Shown: positions 46,343-56,359 of the stretch, one piece after another
How the letters are laid out: the number at the start of each line of letters is the position of its first letter
How positions within the stretch are numbered: the first letter of the stretch is position 1
Assembly (NCBI GenBank): GCA_043803685.1
Contig: JAZDJU010000100.1
Location: forward strand, 1 to 57,562
Direction: 5' to 3'
Source of the DNA: Candidatus Omnitrophota bacterium
Lineage (GTDB): Bacteria; Omnitrophota; Omnitrophia; Omnitrophales; Aquincolibacteriaceae
DNA: 57,562 bases
The notes under the pieces: generated by a model
The model's input: the letters and a program-made list of their open reading frames with translations, nothing else
Told to the model about the DNA's origin: nothing
Database searches by the model: none
Program-made: the position numbers and the translations under genes

Positions 46343-47371
46343 TCAGGCCTCCGCCGGCAACCCGAGATTCTTTCGCACCCTTTCAAGGGCTTCCCTGCCA
46401 AAATTGACCTCCAAAAGTCTTAACGCCTCCTGCCGCGACAAAAGAGATTCGCGGATCATTTTACTCATTTCCACGTGGTAATGCGTGTAGCCGAAATTTT
46501 TCATCGAGCGATAGACGGAAAGAAAATTCAAATCGCAATTGGTCGACGCCGCAGGATAGCTCTGCTCTGGGGACTTCCACTTCAATTCTTTTTTCAGAAT
46601 GTCCACATACTCGCTGGAATCGATCGGCAAAAACCAGTGCGGAGAAACCACGATAGCCTTATGCCGTTTTTGGGCCCGGGCGACAACCTCCTCCATGCTT
46701 CGCGGGAAGCCTTTGTACTTAGGATTCTCCCGGGTATATTTATCAAGAAAATCCTGTGTCGCCTTGGACATGGACACGAACTCGGCCTGACGCAGATCGC
46801 AGCCCATGGACTGCTGAGAACTCTGCCCTTTGGTCCATCCGGCCACAATGATCGGAATATCAAAACGCGCCGCCATATCAAAGGTCAGCCCCATGTACCA
46901 AAGTGAACACGGATGACATATCACGGCCTTGTCATCGCGCCTATCAATCTCGGCGAACATTTCTTTCATGTGGTCTGACTTGAAAAAAACAAAATCGACG
47001 CCGAGGATCTCGACCGCATGACGGATGTTGGCTAGCGCCTCTTCGGTTTCAAAACCATGGTCAAAAGTGAAAGCCAAAGGATTCAGTTTGTACCGCTTCT
47101 TCATGTAATAAAGCGCCGCCGTGCTGTCCTTGCCGCCGCTGCACATGACAAGACAGTCATACGGCCCTTTACGCTTGTGCTGATTCAGGATCTTGACAAA
47201 ATCACTTTCCAGAGGCTTCGCCCGGAAGTCCTTTTTTTGTTTCTCAAACTCACGGCAAATATTGCAAATCCCCTCTCCATCAAGCGATATATCCGGCCGG
47301 CTTTCAGGCAGGACGCACCTCTTGCAAAGGGTTCTGCCGCCCAATTCCCGCTTCATCTCCGGAATGCTCAT
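46343..47371 (-). CDS. N-acetyl sugar amidotransferase-like PP-loop ATPase (WbpG/WbuX type)
   Basis: CKRCVLP...CNIC, YDCLVMCSGGKDS, CHPC, STNC, SKMIRESLLSRQEAL. Confidence 0.75.
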   Translation of the reverse strand: MSIPEMKRELGGRTLCKRCVLPESRPDISLDGEGICNICREFEKQKKDFRAKPLESDFVKILNQHKRKGPYDCLVMCSGGKDSTAALYYMKKRYKLNPLAFTFDHGFETEEALANIRHAVEILGVDFVFFKSDHMKEMFAEIDRRDDKAVICHPCSLWYMGLTFDMAARFDIPIIVAGWTKGQSSQQSMGCDLRQAEFVSMSKATQDFLDKYTRENPKYKGFPRSMEEVVARAQKRHKAIVVSPHWFLPIDSSEYVDILKKELKWKSPEQSYPAASTNCDLNFLSVYRSMKNFGYTHYHVEMSKMIRESLLSRQEALRLLEVNFGREALERVRKNLGLPAEA

Positions 47372-47400
47372 GCCGCCCCCCCTCTTTCCGCCCAAGGCTT

Positions 47401-49203
47401 TTATGAGGTTTGTTCCTTAAAAGGATCTGCCAGTTTGACACGCGACAAACACTGGATCACCTCATTATTCATGTCATGATTGTCACACAGCTCACATCTT
47501 TCAGAATACAGATAATCCCCCCGCGCCTCGTCCTTGTGATACCCCGTCGGCAGAAACACCTGGTCCTTGTTGTCCTTAAGATGCTTGGCGCCCACCCTCG
47601 CTTGATGATACCGCTCGGAAAGCCAGATCTCCTTGAAGCTTTTTTGATGGACGTTGTCGACGACTTTGAGGCTACAGCAAAGCCCCACATCTCCGTTCGC
47701 CTTGATAATAGAGAAAAAGAAACCGATCGGACACCCATGCTTAAGATAATATCCCCGGCTCCAATCTCCCGTCGGCGCATGCATGTGCGACAGTTGGAAT
47801 TCCAGAGCCATCCCAAGCTCCACATGGCTTTGCTGAGCGACGGCTCTGATCTCCTGAAGCTTGCTGTTGAGAAAATCCACCTCTTTTTGATCCAGCTGCA
47901 GCCATTTGTTGTCCTTGTCCAGATGGATGAGCTGAAAACGCATCTCATCCACGCCGAGCTCCACCGCCATCTTCGCCATATCGACGACCTCATGATAATT
48001 CAATTGATGCAGCACGAACGTGATCACGCAATGCATGGGAAAGGTCTTCACGCGAGCGCAGCGCTGGATGATCTTGTTTTTTTCTTCGAGGCCGCACCTC
48101 TGAACGATGTCTCTCACCTTATTCTTGAGCCGGCACAAGTAGCGGATGTTCTTTTTGATAAGTTCAAAATCGCGGGCTTTTTTGGAAGGACATATCTTTT
48201 GATACACCTCGGCGCTCGCCGCCGGAACGCTGAACCAGATCTCGTTGAGCCCGGACTTGATCAGCTCCTGGCTTACTTTTTCCGTGACGGTCAACCCATT
48301 GGAGAAGGTCAGCACATCAATATAAGGGTTCCGTTCCTTGATATACCGGACGATCTTTAGAAAGTCGGGGTTCAGGATCGGCTCCCCATCGCCTAAAAGA
48401 GTGATGATGTCCACCCCGAGCTCAAAGCAATCGTCCACAATACCCTTGACCGTGCCAAAATCCAATTTCTCGGCCGCGAATTGCTGGGTCAACATCTTGC
48501 GGGCCACGGGACTGTGGATCCAGCAATGCACACAATCCGTATTGCAGCGGTGATAAAGATCCAACACCACCTGACGCGGCCCTAGCAAAAGCACTTCGGA
48601 CAACAAGCTTAAATACCTGTTGGTTGTCGGCGTCGAATGTGGCTGCTCTTTGATGTCCTTCAAAAGGTTGAAAACCATCGAGAGGTCATTCTTAAATCCA
48701 GGGAAAGACTTCCCTTTGAGTTCCAGGCTGTCGAATACTTTCCTGATGAGGTCGCGATCTTTGTCATCGATCATCAGGCTCATCTTGACGGGGGCTAGCT
48801 CACGGTCCAGCAGAGAAACAAGCGCTTCATAGCGCTCAAAAAGCGTTTTGCTCGTATCCGCGTCCCCGCGGTTGACATTGATCAAACGAACACCGATGGC
48901 CCCCAGGCAATAATTGATGATCTCTTCGAGATAACAAAAGTTAACCCGGTCGAGCTTGATGTCAAAACCCACCTTGTTGCCTAGCGTTCTATTCATTTCA
49001 ACGGCAAGGACAAAAAGTTCGAAGTCATTCTTCTGGGATGAAAGAATATGCAGATACGCGTGCTGTCCGTAACATCTGAAGATAACATCCCGGCCCATGA
49101 CGCGCGCCCACAGCGCCTTGAAAAAGATGCCGGACAGAAAGAAGCTCCGCTTAAGCTGTTTAAGCGCCCAATGCGCGAAGTAAGCGACAAGCCCATTAAA
49201 CAT
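47401..49203 (-). CDS. Radical SAM/SPASM(Twitch) protein
   Basis: CNTDCVHC, GDGEP, CPIGFF...GLCC...CELCD. Confidence 0.88.
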   Translation of the reverse strand: MFNGLVAYFAHWALKQLKRSFFLSGIFFKALWARVMGRDVIFRCYGQHAYLHILSSQKNDFELFVLAVEMNRTLGNKVGFDIKLDRVNFCYLEEIINYCLGAIGVRLINVNRGDADTSKTLFERYEALVSLLDRELAPVKMSLMIDDKDRDLIRKVFDSLELKGKSFPGFKNDLSMVFNLLKDIKEQPHSTPTTNRYLSLLSEVLLLGPRQVVLDLYHRCNTDCVHCWIHSPVARKMLTQQFAAEKLDFGTVKGIVDDCFELGVDIITLLGDGEPILNPDFLKIVRYIKERNPYIDVLTFSNGLTVTEKVSQELIKSGLNEIWFSVPAASAEVYQKICPSKKARDFELIKKNIRYLCRLKNKVRDIVQRCGLEEKNKIIQRCARVKTFPMHCVITFVLHQLNYHEVVDMAKMAVELGVDEMRFQLIHLDKDNKWLQLDQKEVDFLNSKLQEIRAVAQQSHVELGMALEFQLSHMHAPTGDWSRGYYLKHGCPIGFFFSIIKANGDVGLCCSLKVVDNVHQKSFKEIWLSERYHQARVGAKHLKDNKDQVFLPTGYHKDEARGDYLYSERCELCDNHDMNNEVIQCLSRVKLADPFKEQTS

Positions 49204-49227
49204 GATCCGCTCCCAATCCTTGGCCGC

Positions 49228-51925
49228 TCACCGTCCGCGTGCCATCATTTTTGCCAACGCCTTCAATCCCATTCTTTGCAAGAAGGATAACCGGGCCAGG
49301 CGTTCCTGGACGATCCTGTTCCTCCCGATATCATCACAGCTTTTGTAGCAACCCACCTTGCATTGTTCGTCGTTGCCGATTTGATGAAAAAAATCGTCAT
49401 TTTTGTCGAATTTCAGCGCTTTCCGGCGAAACTCCCGCTGCTTCGCGGAATTCCAGATAGCCCTAAAGGAGTTCTGATACAAATTCCCAACGGGAGCCCT
49501 GTGCGCTTTCAGACAAAAATTAACATCGCCATCCGACATGATACGGCTAAAAACCCATCCGACATAGCAGGAGTACTCCTTAAACAGGCCGCTGTCATAT
49601 TCCGCCTTCCCCGCACTGGTATCGGAAAGACGGCGGACCAGGGTTTCCATGTTAAGAACCTTGACTTTATAGTTCCCTGACAAAATACGTTCACACTGGG
49701 CAAGAACATCCAGACGCTGTTCGCCGTCCAGGATCAGTGAGTCCGTGGCCCCGGGAATCGTATCCACCAAAGCAAACTCCACGGATTCAGAGCCGGTGTC
49801 TTCAGCAAACGCGACCATCTCTTCGAGCTCACGATAGTTGAGATTGGAAATGACATTGTAAACCTTGACGCTAGGCTTATGGTCGTCTTTAACCGTATTA
49901 AGCATGCTGAGCATTTTCGCCATGCGCTCAAATGTGGCCGCATCCTTGTTCGGATGGGTTCGCCCGTACGATGCGGCGTTAGCAGCCCAAAAACTCACCG
50001 TCAAAGCGTCCACGCCAATATCCATCAACTGCTTAACGGCGACCTCATCCACCAGTGTAAAATTCGTATTGATGCCACAATATAGCCCCTGAATCTTGGC
50101 GTGTCTGAGAATCGTCATAAGGTCCGGGTGCATGAAAGGCTCCCCGCCGCCGGAAAAATAAAGCTCCCGTGTCCCAAGGCCCACCAGATCATCGATGAGA
50201 GAGATGACCATCGGGGTTGGGAGCGTCTTATGCTTTTTGGCGCCACGGTACTTCCGCGAACGCAATAGCGGCGAATTGCACCAACAGCTAATGCAATTAT
50301 TATTGCATTTGCTCGTCAGATCGATCTGCACACTATCCGGCCCTTTAAACGCATAAGAGCCATGCTCAACTCCCAACAAATTTAAAAAATTGCTTTTGAT
50401 TTTCCTAAGAGTCTCATTCCGCGGTGACAACCTGCCGCAGAAGCATAGGATCCGGTCCCTCAAGCGAAGCCGAAATAAGCCCCGCCACAGCACAACCCAA
50501 GGATAAACGATCTTTTTCTTAAGGAACATCACCAGTTTTTCAGCCGCCGTGGCATTTTTCCTTACGTCGCTGCGTGTTTCCCACGCATGTTCCTGCCAAC
50601 GTCTTTCAGCCTCCTGCTTAGCGACCTTTAGCTCTTTGGCCTCAAGGGCCTCCGTTCGGAGCATGGCTCTTGAATTTCCATCATAATCTCTCGGGTCTTT
50701 TGAAACGATATGACCCCTCGCCTCCAGATCTTTATAATGTTGGGTCCCCGGGAATGCCGTGGTGATCGAAAATTGGACGGTGTCCGGATCCAGCGCCTTG
50801 GCAAATTCAATGGTCTTATGGATCGTCTCTTGCGTTTCTCCCGGCAAACCGAATGTGAACGTTAAATGGGTTTTGATCCCGAGGGACTTCGTGAAACGGA
50901 CCATCCGCTCGAGCTTCTTGAGATCGAGCTTCTTCTGTATGCGATCCACCAGTTTCTGGTCGGCGGATTCGACCCCATACTTGACCGCCGCAAGGCCCGC
51001 TGAAAAAAAGGTTTTCCAGAAGATCCTCTTCCATAAGATCCGCGCGCGCCATCATGGCCCAGGGCACATTCACGGCTCTGCGCTTTATTTCATCGGCAAG
51101 CTCCATCATCCTGTGCTTACCGATATTCATGGTGTCATCATCAAAATAGACCGACTTGAACCCCTTCTCGTTGACGAGATATTCCATTTCATTAACGACG
51201 TCCACCACGCTGCGGATCCTGTAGCGATGGCTTTGATACATCAGCTGCGGCCAACTACAAAACAGACACTGGTAAGGACATCCCCGGGAAGACCACATTT
51301 GAACGCTCGGAAAAGGAATGCCTCCCGGCGCGTCATTATATTTCTCCATTACGTGCCCGTCACGCAAAGGCCAGGGTAACTCATCCAGATTCTCGAGAAG
51401 AGGCCTTGCGGGATTCACTTTGCACTCCCCCTCTTGACGATAGATCAACCCCTTAACGCCCGAAAGATCCTTCCCGGCGACCAAATGCTGGACGAGCTCC
51501 AGCAGGGTGATCTCATACTCTCCCACCATGACGTAGGTGATCCGGGGATGACGTCCCAAAAACTGCACGTCCCGAATATGAATCTCAGGCCCACACAACG
51601 CTACAGGAATTCCCGGAGGCAATTTTTGTATCATCGAAAGATCATGGGGCAAAGAAGGTGTGGATGTTTCGGCGAGAAGCAGATCCGGTTTTTCATCGCG
51701 GATCAGGGACAACAGGCGCGGCATCGGCATCTCTTCGGCCAAAGCGTCGATCAGCCGGACCTCAAAACCTTCGCGCTTAAGCAACGCCGCCGCATACGCC
51801 ATAAAGAAAGGGAATGGCAAGTAGTGCCGTTCGCGGGCCGTTTTAATATGAGGCCAGCGGGATCCGGCGCGAACCCCCCACAACCCCCCTCTTTTCCAGG
51901 GTAAATTGACCAGAAAAACTTTCAT
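49228..51925 (-). pseudogene. Frameshifted two-radical-SAM fusion (HpnJ-like B12-radical SAM plus radical SAM/SPASM), 898 aa if repaired
   Basis: ORF 50816-51925 (AGSRWP, CPYQCLFC) and ORF 49228-50949 (CNNNCISC, SPASM) join if one base is removed from the A7 run at 51003-51009, restoring LFSAGLAAVKYGVESADQK. Confidence 0.8.
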
Positions 51926-52218
51926 GCGGCGTCTTTATCCACCTTGGAATCGATCAGATCCCTTATCTCTTGAGCCGAGGCGTTCAGCTGATACAAAGAG
52001 CGCTCTACTTGAATAAGAACGCGGGTAGCGTCATTACGCATTTCGTAAAGAAGCTGTCCCATAATGGCCAAAAGTCTCAGCACAAGCCAAAGAACAAAAA
52101 AAGCCAGAAGCGCCCACCAGAACAAGGCTGAGCCCACAGGATATCTCCCCAGAGCCGTAGCTACCCCTAACAACAACACCAAGTTCGCCGCGTGTTTCAA
52201 TAATGATGCAGTCCTCAT
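51922..52218 (-). CDS. Small 2-TM membrane protein with a coiled-coil tail
   Basis: Two hydrophobic segments then an amphipathic helix; ATGA-coupled to the downstream gene. Confidence 0.6.
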   Translation of the reverse strand: MRTASLLKHAANLVLLLGVATALGRYPVGSALFWWALLAFFVLWLVLRLLAIMGQLLYEMRNDATRVLIQVERSLYQLNASAQEIRDLIDSKVDKDAA

Positions 52219-52262
52219 TTTTATCCCCCTTCTTGAGTCTGGCCTCCACCAAGAGGCGTCCA

Positions 52263-53405
52263 CTACTGTTTTTCTTTTTCCAACCTGGCTTTTTCCGCTT
52301 CACATTTTCTGGCAAAAGCCGTCTGCCATTCACGCTCCTGAAGCTCCCGGCGCTGTTGTGCCGCCAAAGCCCAGGCCTCGTCATCCGCGTCCCGCCTTTT
52401 CCCCACCTCCACCGCCCACTCCAGGCCCTCGGCATCGCGCCGCCGCTTGACCTCTTGAAGCCAATCGGCCTCTTCCTTGGCTCGCACCCTGGAAAACTCC
52501 TCATCCCAGGCCCGTTCATCCTTCTGGCGCCTCGCGATCGCTTCTTTTTCCCACCGGAGATCATCCTCGCGGCGTTTTTGCCCCACCGCCTCATCCCAGC
52601 GGGCCTTCTCTTCCTCACGCCGGAGCGCCAATAGTTTCTCGTAATTTTCCATCTCATCGATCCTGGCCTTAAGAAAGCGGTAGTGCTCCCTGTCCGTCTC
52701 AGAAAAAGTCAGATACCGGGAGATGGCTTGGTCCACTGTGCCATCCAAGGCAACGCCATGATCTTTGATAAAGATCCCCCGCTCACACAACTGTCTTGCC
52801 AAGGTAAAATTGTGCGTTACAAAAACGATCGTTTTTTGCTGCGCCTTCAATTCCAGAGCCTTATCAAGGCTCTTGAGCTGAAAAGCATCATCCCCCACGG
52901 AAAGACAATCGTCGATCAGAAGGATCTCCGGGTCCACATGGATGGCTAGACTAAAAGCCAGGCGGACATACATCCCCTGGGAATAGCACCTCACCGGCAC
53001 GTCGATGAATTTTCCGATGCCGGCAAAAGCCAGAATGCTCTCGTATTTTTTTTCGAACTCCCGCCTGTCAAATTTGTAAAAATCCGCGTTCAGACGAAGG
53101 TTCTCCCGCCCCGTCAATTCCGGATGAAACCCGGCTCCCAGGTCCAGCAAACTACCGACCACGCCGCTTACCCTCACCTTCCCTTGATCAGGCTTTAAAA
53201 GCCCAGCCATGATCCTCAGAATCGTGGATTTCCCCGCTCCGTTCGCGCCAAGGATCGCGACCGATTCTCCGCGGCGGATGGTGAAGGAGACATTTTTCAA
53301 CACTTCGGTCTTTTCGCGAATAACCTTGTCTTCTGTCTTGATGTCGATCTCATAGGTTTCGCCGACATCCTTGAAATCGACCGCTACATCATCTTGCTCG
53401 TTCAT
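52263..53405 (-). CDS. wzt: Wzt/TagH-like polysaccharide ABC transporter ATP-binding protein with a repetitive charged tail
   Basis: [40 protein letters not shown]. Confidence 0.85.
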   Translation of the reverse strand: MNEQDDVAVDFKDVGETYEIDIKTEDKVIREKTEVLKNVSFTIRRGESVAILGANGAGKSTILRIMAGLLKPDQGKVRVSGVVGSLLDLGAGFHPELTGRENLRLNADFYKFDRREFEKKYESILAFAGIGKFIDVPVRCYSQGMYVRLAFSLAIHVDPEILLIDDCLSVGDDAFQLKSLDKALELKAQQKTIVFVTHNFTLARQLCERGIFIKDHGVALDGTVDQAISRYLTFSETDREHYRFLKARIDEMENYEKLLALRREEEKARWDEAVGQKRREDDLRWEKEAIARRQKDERAWDEEFSRVRAKEEADWLQEVKRRRDAEGLEWAVEVGKRRDADDEAWALAAQQRRELQEREWQTAFARKCEAEKARLEKEKQ

Positions 53406-53501
53406 AGTTCCTTTAAAGATCTGCCTTTTTTATGAAGTTTCCAAGCGCCACTCCAAAAAAATCGGGAGACCGTGGTCTTAGTCTCCTTATTGCCAACGCT
53501 C

Positions 53502-54923
53502 TCAAATCCGCAACATCCCTTTGATAGCGTCCGCTATGTTCCTGGCCAAAAGCTCATTCCCAGCATCCGTACAGTGCCCCCACATCCCGCCCATCGTATC
53601 CATAAAATACCGCAAATACCCGTCCCGCTGTACCGCTGATTTGAAAGTCTCCTCATTATCGACAAAAACAATGCCCTTGCCGCTCCCGACTACCTTTTTC
53701 AGCGCGCTCACCTGCAGGGTCGGATACTGGACACAGATCCACCCTAGATCCCTCCCTAACAAAAATTCCTTGGTCTTCCTGTAGTTAAACCTAGTCATCG
53801 GGCCGTAAACATCATCGGACATATCCTTGACCTTATTGGAATATTCCCGGCACAAGTCTTTGTTCCCCGTCTCGCAATACAAGATCGCCAACCCTGCGAC
53901 GGCGCGGCTATTTGTTGGATCTGTTTCAATCGCTTTTTGGAAGAAAACTTCGGCCTGATCTTTATTCCCACGTTTCAACAAAAACAAGCCCAGATTCGCG
54001 TACCCTGCGTTCAAGCGCGGATCGGCCTCCGTCGCTTTTCTAAAAGCCTCTTCCGCTTGAGGATACAATCGGCGGCTTTGATAAGTTGCTGCCAGAATAT
54101 CCCAAACTTTGGCATTGTGGGGATTAATCTCCGTGGATCTTTTAAACGCTTCCTGCGCTTCTGCCATCCGGTTATGAGCGGCATACAGCCAGCCAAGTTC
54201 CGCGTAAGCCACATCATTCGTTAAGTTGATCTCAACGGCTTTCTTGAAGAATCGCTCCGCTTCTGAGATCTTTTCTTGGTCTTTATACACAAGCCCCAGG
54301 TCGACATAAGCCTTATCATCTCCGGGTTGACGCCGGAGATGCTCTTTTAAAGTGTTTTCCCGGACTTCCAGATCTTTCTTGAAATCATATTCCCCAACGG
54401 ATCGTTTGTCGCTCGGCGATTCCTTGAACCACCCCGCCTCACGCCCCTTGGCCACAAGACGCATCTCGATCCAACGGAATAATTGATAGGTCTTAAGATG
54501 ACTCAAACCTCTCGATACCCCATATCCCTTTTCATCCAGCGCGGGCATGCGGGCGCTACGATCATTGACCCCCATCATGGTCACGACCAGGTCCGGTTTG
54601 TATCGATCGATCTTCTTTTCCATTAAAGATACGATGACTCCGGTATTTGTTCCTGGAAGCCCCTCATCGATCACCGTGAATTTTAATCCCGACCGATTGG
54701 CATTCAGAAATTTTTCGAGATAGCGGGGATACTGCCCGTACGTGGTCGACTCCCCCAAGCACAGGACCCGGACATCTGCTTTTGTCCGAAGATGACGCTC
54801 ATTGCGCCAGTCCTGCCAGGTTGTAAGCGCAAAGCCGGCCGCGCGCAACCCAACCTCAAGGATTACGAGACTCAAAAATACGCCAAAACAAACAAGCAAA
54901 GCTTTGCTAAAAACGGATCTCAT
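53502..54923 (-). CDS. Membrane-anchored SGNH protein with multiple TPRs
   Basis: LEVGLR, CLGESTT, MGVND, about five TPRs, WGHCTDAGN. Confidence 0.8.
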   Translation of the reverse strand: MRSVFSKALLVCFGVFLSLVILEVGLRAAGFALTTWQDWRNERHLRTKADVRVLCLGESTTYGQYPRYLEKFLNANRSGLKFTVIDEGLPGTNTGVIVSLMEKKIDRYKPDLVVTMMGVNDRSARMPALDEKGYGVSRGLSHLKTYQLFRWIEMRLVAKGREAGWFKESPSDKRSVGEYDFKKDLEVRENTLKEHLRRQPGDDKAYVDLGLVYKDQEKISEAERFFKKAVEINLTNDVAYAELGWLYAAHNRMAEAQEAFKRSTEINPHNAKVWDILAATYQSRRLYPQAEEAFRKATEADPRLNAGYANLGLFLLKRGNKDQAEVFFQKAIETDPTNSRAVAGLAILYCETGNKDLCREYSNKVKDMSDDVYGPMTRFNYRKTKEFLLGRDLGWICVQYPTLQVSALKKVVGSGKGIVFVDNEETFKSAVQRDGYLRYFMDTMGGMWGHCTDAGNELLARNIADAIKGMLRI

Positions 54924-56359
54924 GACCATCCCTGCCGAACCACGCGCAACCCGAAAGACAAAATAGTCCTCCAGCGGTTCCTTATCCCGTATTTCTTGAT
55001 TTGTTTCAAAATGAAAAAGGGTCTCATGTAAAAATTCCGGACCATCTTTTTTCGCCAACGCTCCAACATCCTCGCCGAAACAAATTTTGTATGCACACTT
55101 GCTTCGACGTATGGCAAACGGGAAAACGGCTCTTCTTCTAAAAGCCCACTTTTGCGACACAGCTCATAAAATGCGGTTCCTGGGAACGGGTAGGCGATAT
55201 AGAAGTTGGCCGCGTCAAGATCCAGGCTGGTCGAAAAGCTCATGGTTTCTTCGATCGTTTCCTGGGTATCATCGGGAAAGCCTATCATAAAATACCCGAC
55301 GGCGATCAATCCGTGTGACCGCAAAAGCTGAACAGCGCGGCGAACCTGACTCGTGGAAATTCTCTTTTGCGCCTGATCAAGAATGCGTTGATTTCCGCTT
55401 TCTATGCCTACAGAAACAGCATAACAACCCGCCCGCTTCATCAAAACGATCTGTTCTTCGTCAAGGGTGTCCACCCTCGCATTGCACACCCAGCGAATTT
55501 TTTCCTTTTGTTGTATCAATTCATGACACAGCCCACAAACCCATGCTTTATCGAATGTAAACGTGTCTGCGCGAAGAAAGAAACTCCTGATCCCGTGTTT
55601 GTTCACACATTCTGTGATTTCCTTTAAAATATTCTGGTAAGACCTGACGCGAGGAACAGTACCCGCCACGGCCGAGGCGACACAAAACATACACGCGCTG
55701 GAGCATCCTCGGGCCACCTGGATGCTTGTTTCGCGTTCGTGTGTGTAGGCGTTGAGATAAAGATCCAGATTCATACAATTTCTAGCAGGGAACGGCAGTG
55801 CATCAAGGTCCTGGCACCATTCGGCGGGTCGCGTCACGCGAACCGTGTCTTGGTCCCGATAAGCAATCCCGGGGATATCCGCCAAAGGTTTTCTCTCGGC
55901 TAGCTGTTTCGCGATCCCCTCGGGCTCAGCGCACGCGACCACGTCCAAAGCGCTGTGTTGCTCTAACAGCGCCTCAGCGAACATCATGGGATAAAGACCC
56001 CGCGCAAGGGTCAGGATCCCTGGAGAGAGTTCCTTCGCTATCGCGCACACCTTAAGGTCATCATGAACCGTCTTCACGGTCGTATTGATCACCAAAAGAT
56101 GCGGCCGAAACGAAGCAAGGTCGCGCCGCACGTCTTCCCACGTCATCTTCTCGGCAGGATAATCTTTCATAGAACACACACAGCCGGCGGCCTGAAACGC
56201 CCCGGCCATATAAGCCAGTTCAATGGGCGGACGCATCTCCGCCACCCCGATCTGGGGAATAGGCGCCTGGCAACGGTCTTCCCGGATAAAAAGCCCCGTC
56301 GGAGGGTCGATCAGGGCTACGCGCAAAACCTCAGCAGCATTCCACGCTTCCTTATTCAT
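54920..56359 (-). CDS. B12-binding radical SAM protein (HpnJ-like)
   Basis: REDRCQ, PPIELAYMA, RGCSSACMFC, GIESG, FMIGFP, PFPGT. Confidence 0.9.
   Translation of the reverse strand: MNKEAWNAAEVLRVALIDPPTGLFIREDRCQAPIPQIGVAEMRPPIELAYMAGAFQAAGCVCSMKDYPAEKMTWEDVRRDLASFRPHLLVINTTVKTVHDDLKVCAIAKELSPGILTLARGLYPMMFAEALLEQHSALDVVACAEPEGIAKQLAERKPLADIPGIAYRDQDTVRVTRPAEWCQDLDALPFPARNCMNLDLYLNAYTHERETSIQVARGCSSACMFCVASAVAGTVPRVRSYQNILKEITECVNKHGIRSFFLRADTFTFDKAWVCGLCHELIQQKEKIRWVCNARVDTLDEEQIVLMKRAGCYAVSVGIESGNQRILDQAQKRISTSQVRRAVQLLRSHGLIAVGYFMIGFPDDTQETIEETMSFSTSLDLDAANFYIAYPFPGTAFYELCRKSGLLEEEPFSRLPYVEASVHTKFVSARMLERWRKKMVRNFYMRPFFILKQIKKYGIRNRWRTILSFGLRVVRQGWS

Noticed and set aside
50816..56359. 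Hopanoid tailoring cluster (HpnJ-like radical SAMs)
   Set aside because: Similarity is family-level only; no shc, hpnH, hpnG or hpnI in the window.
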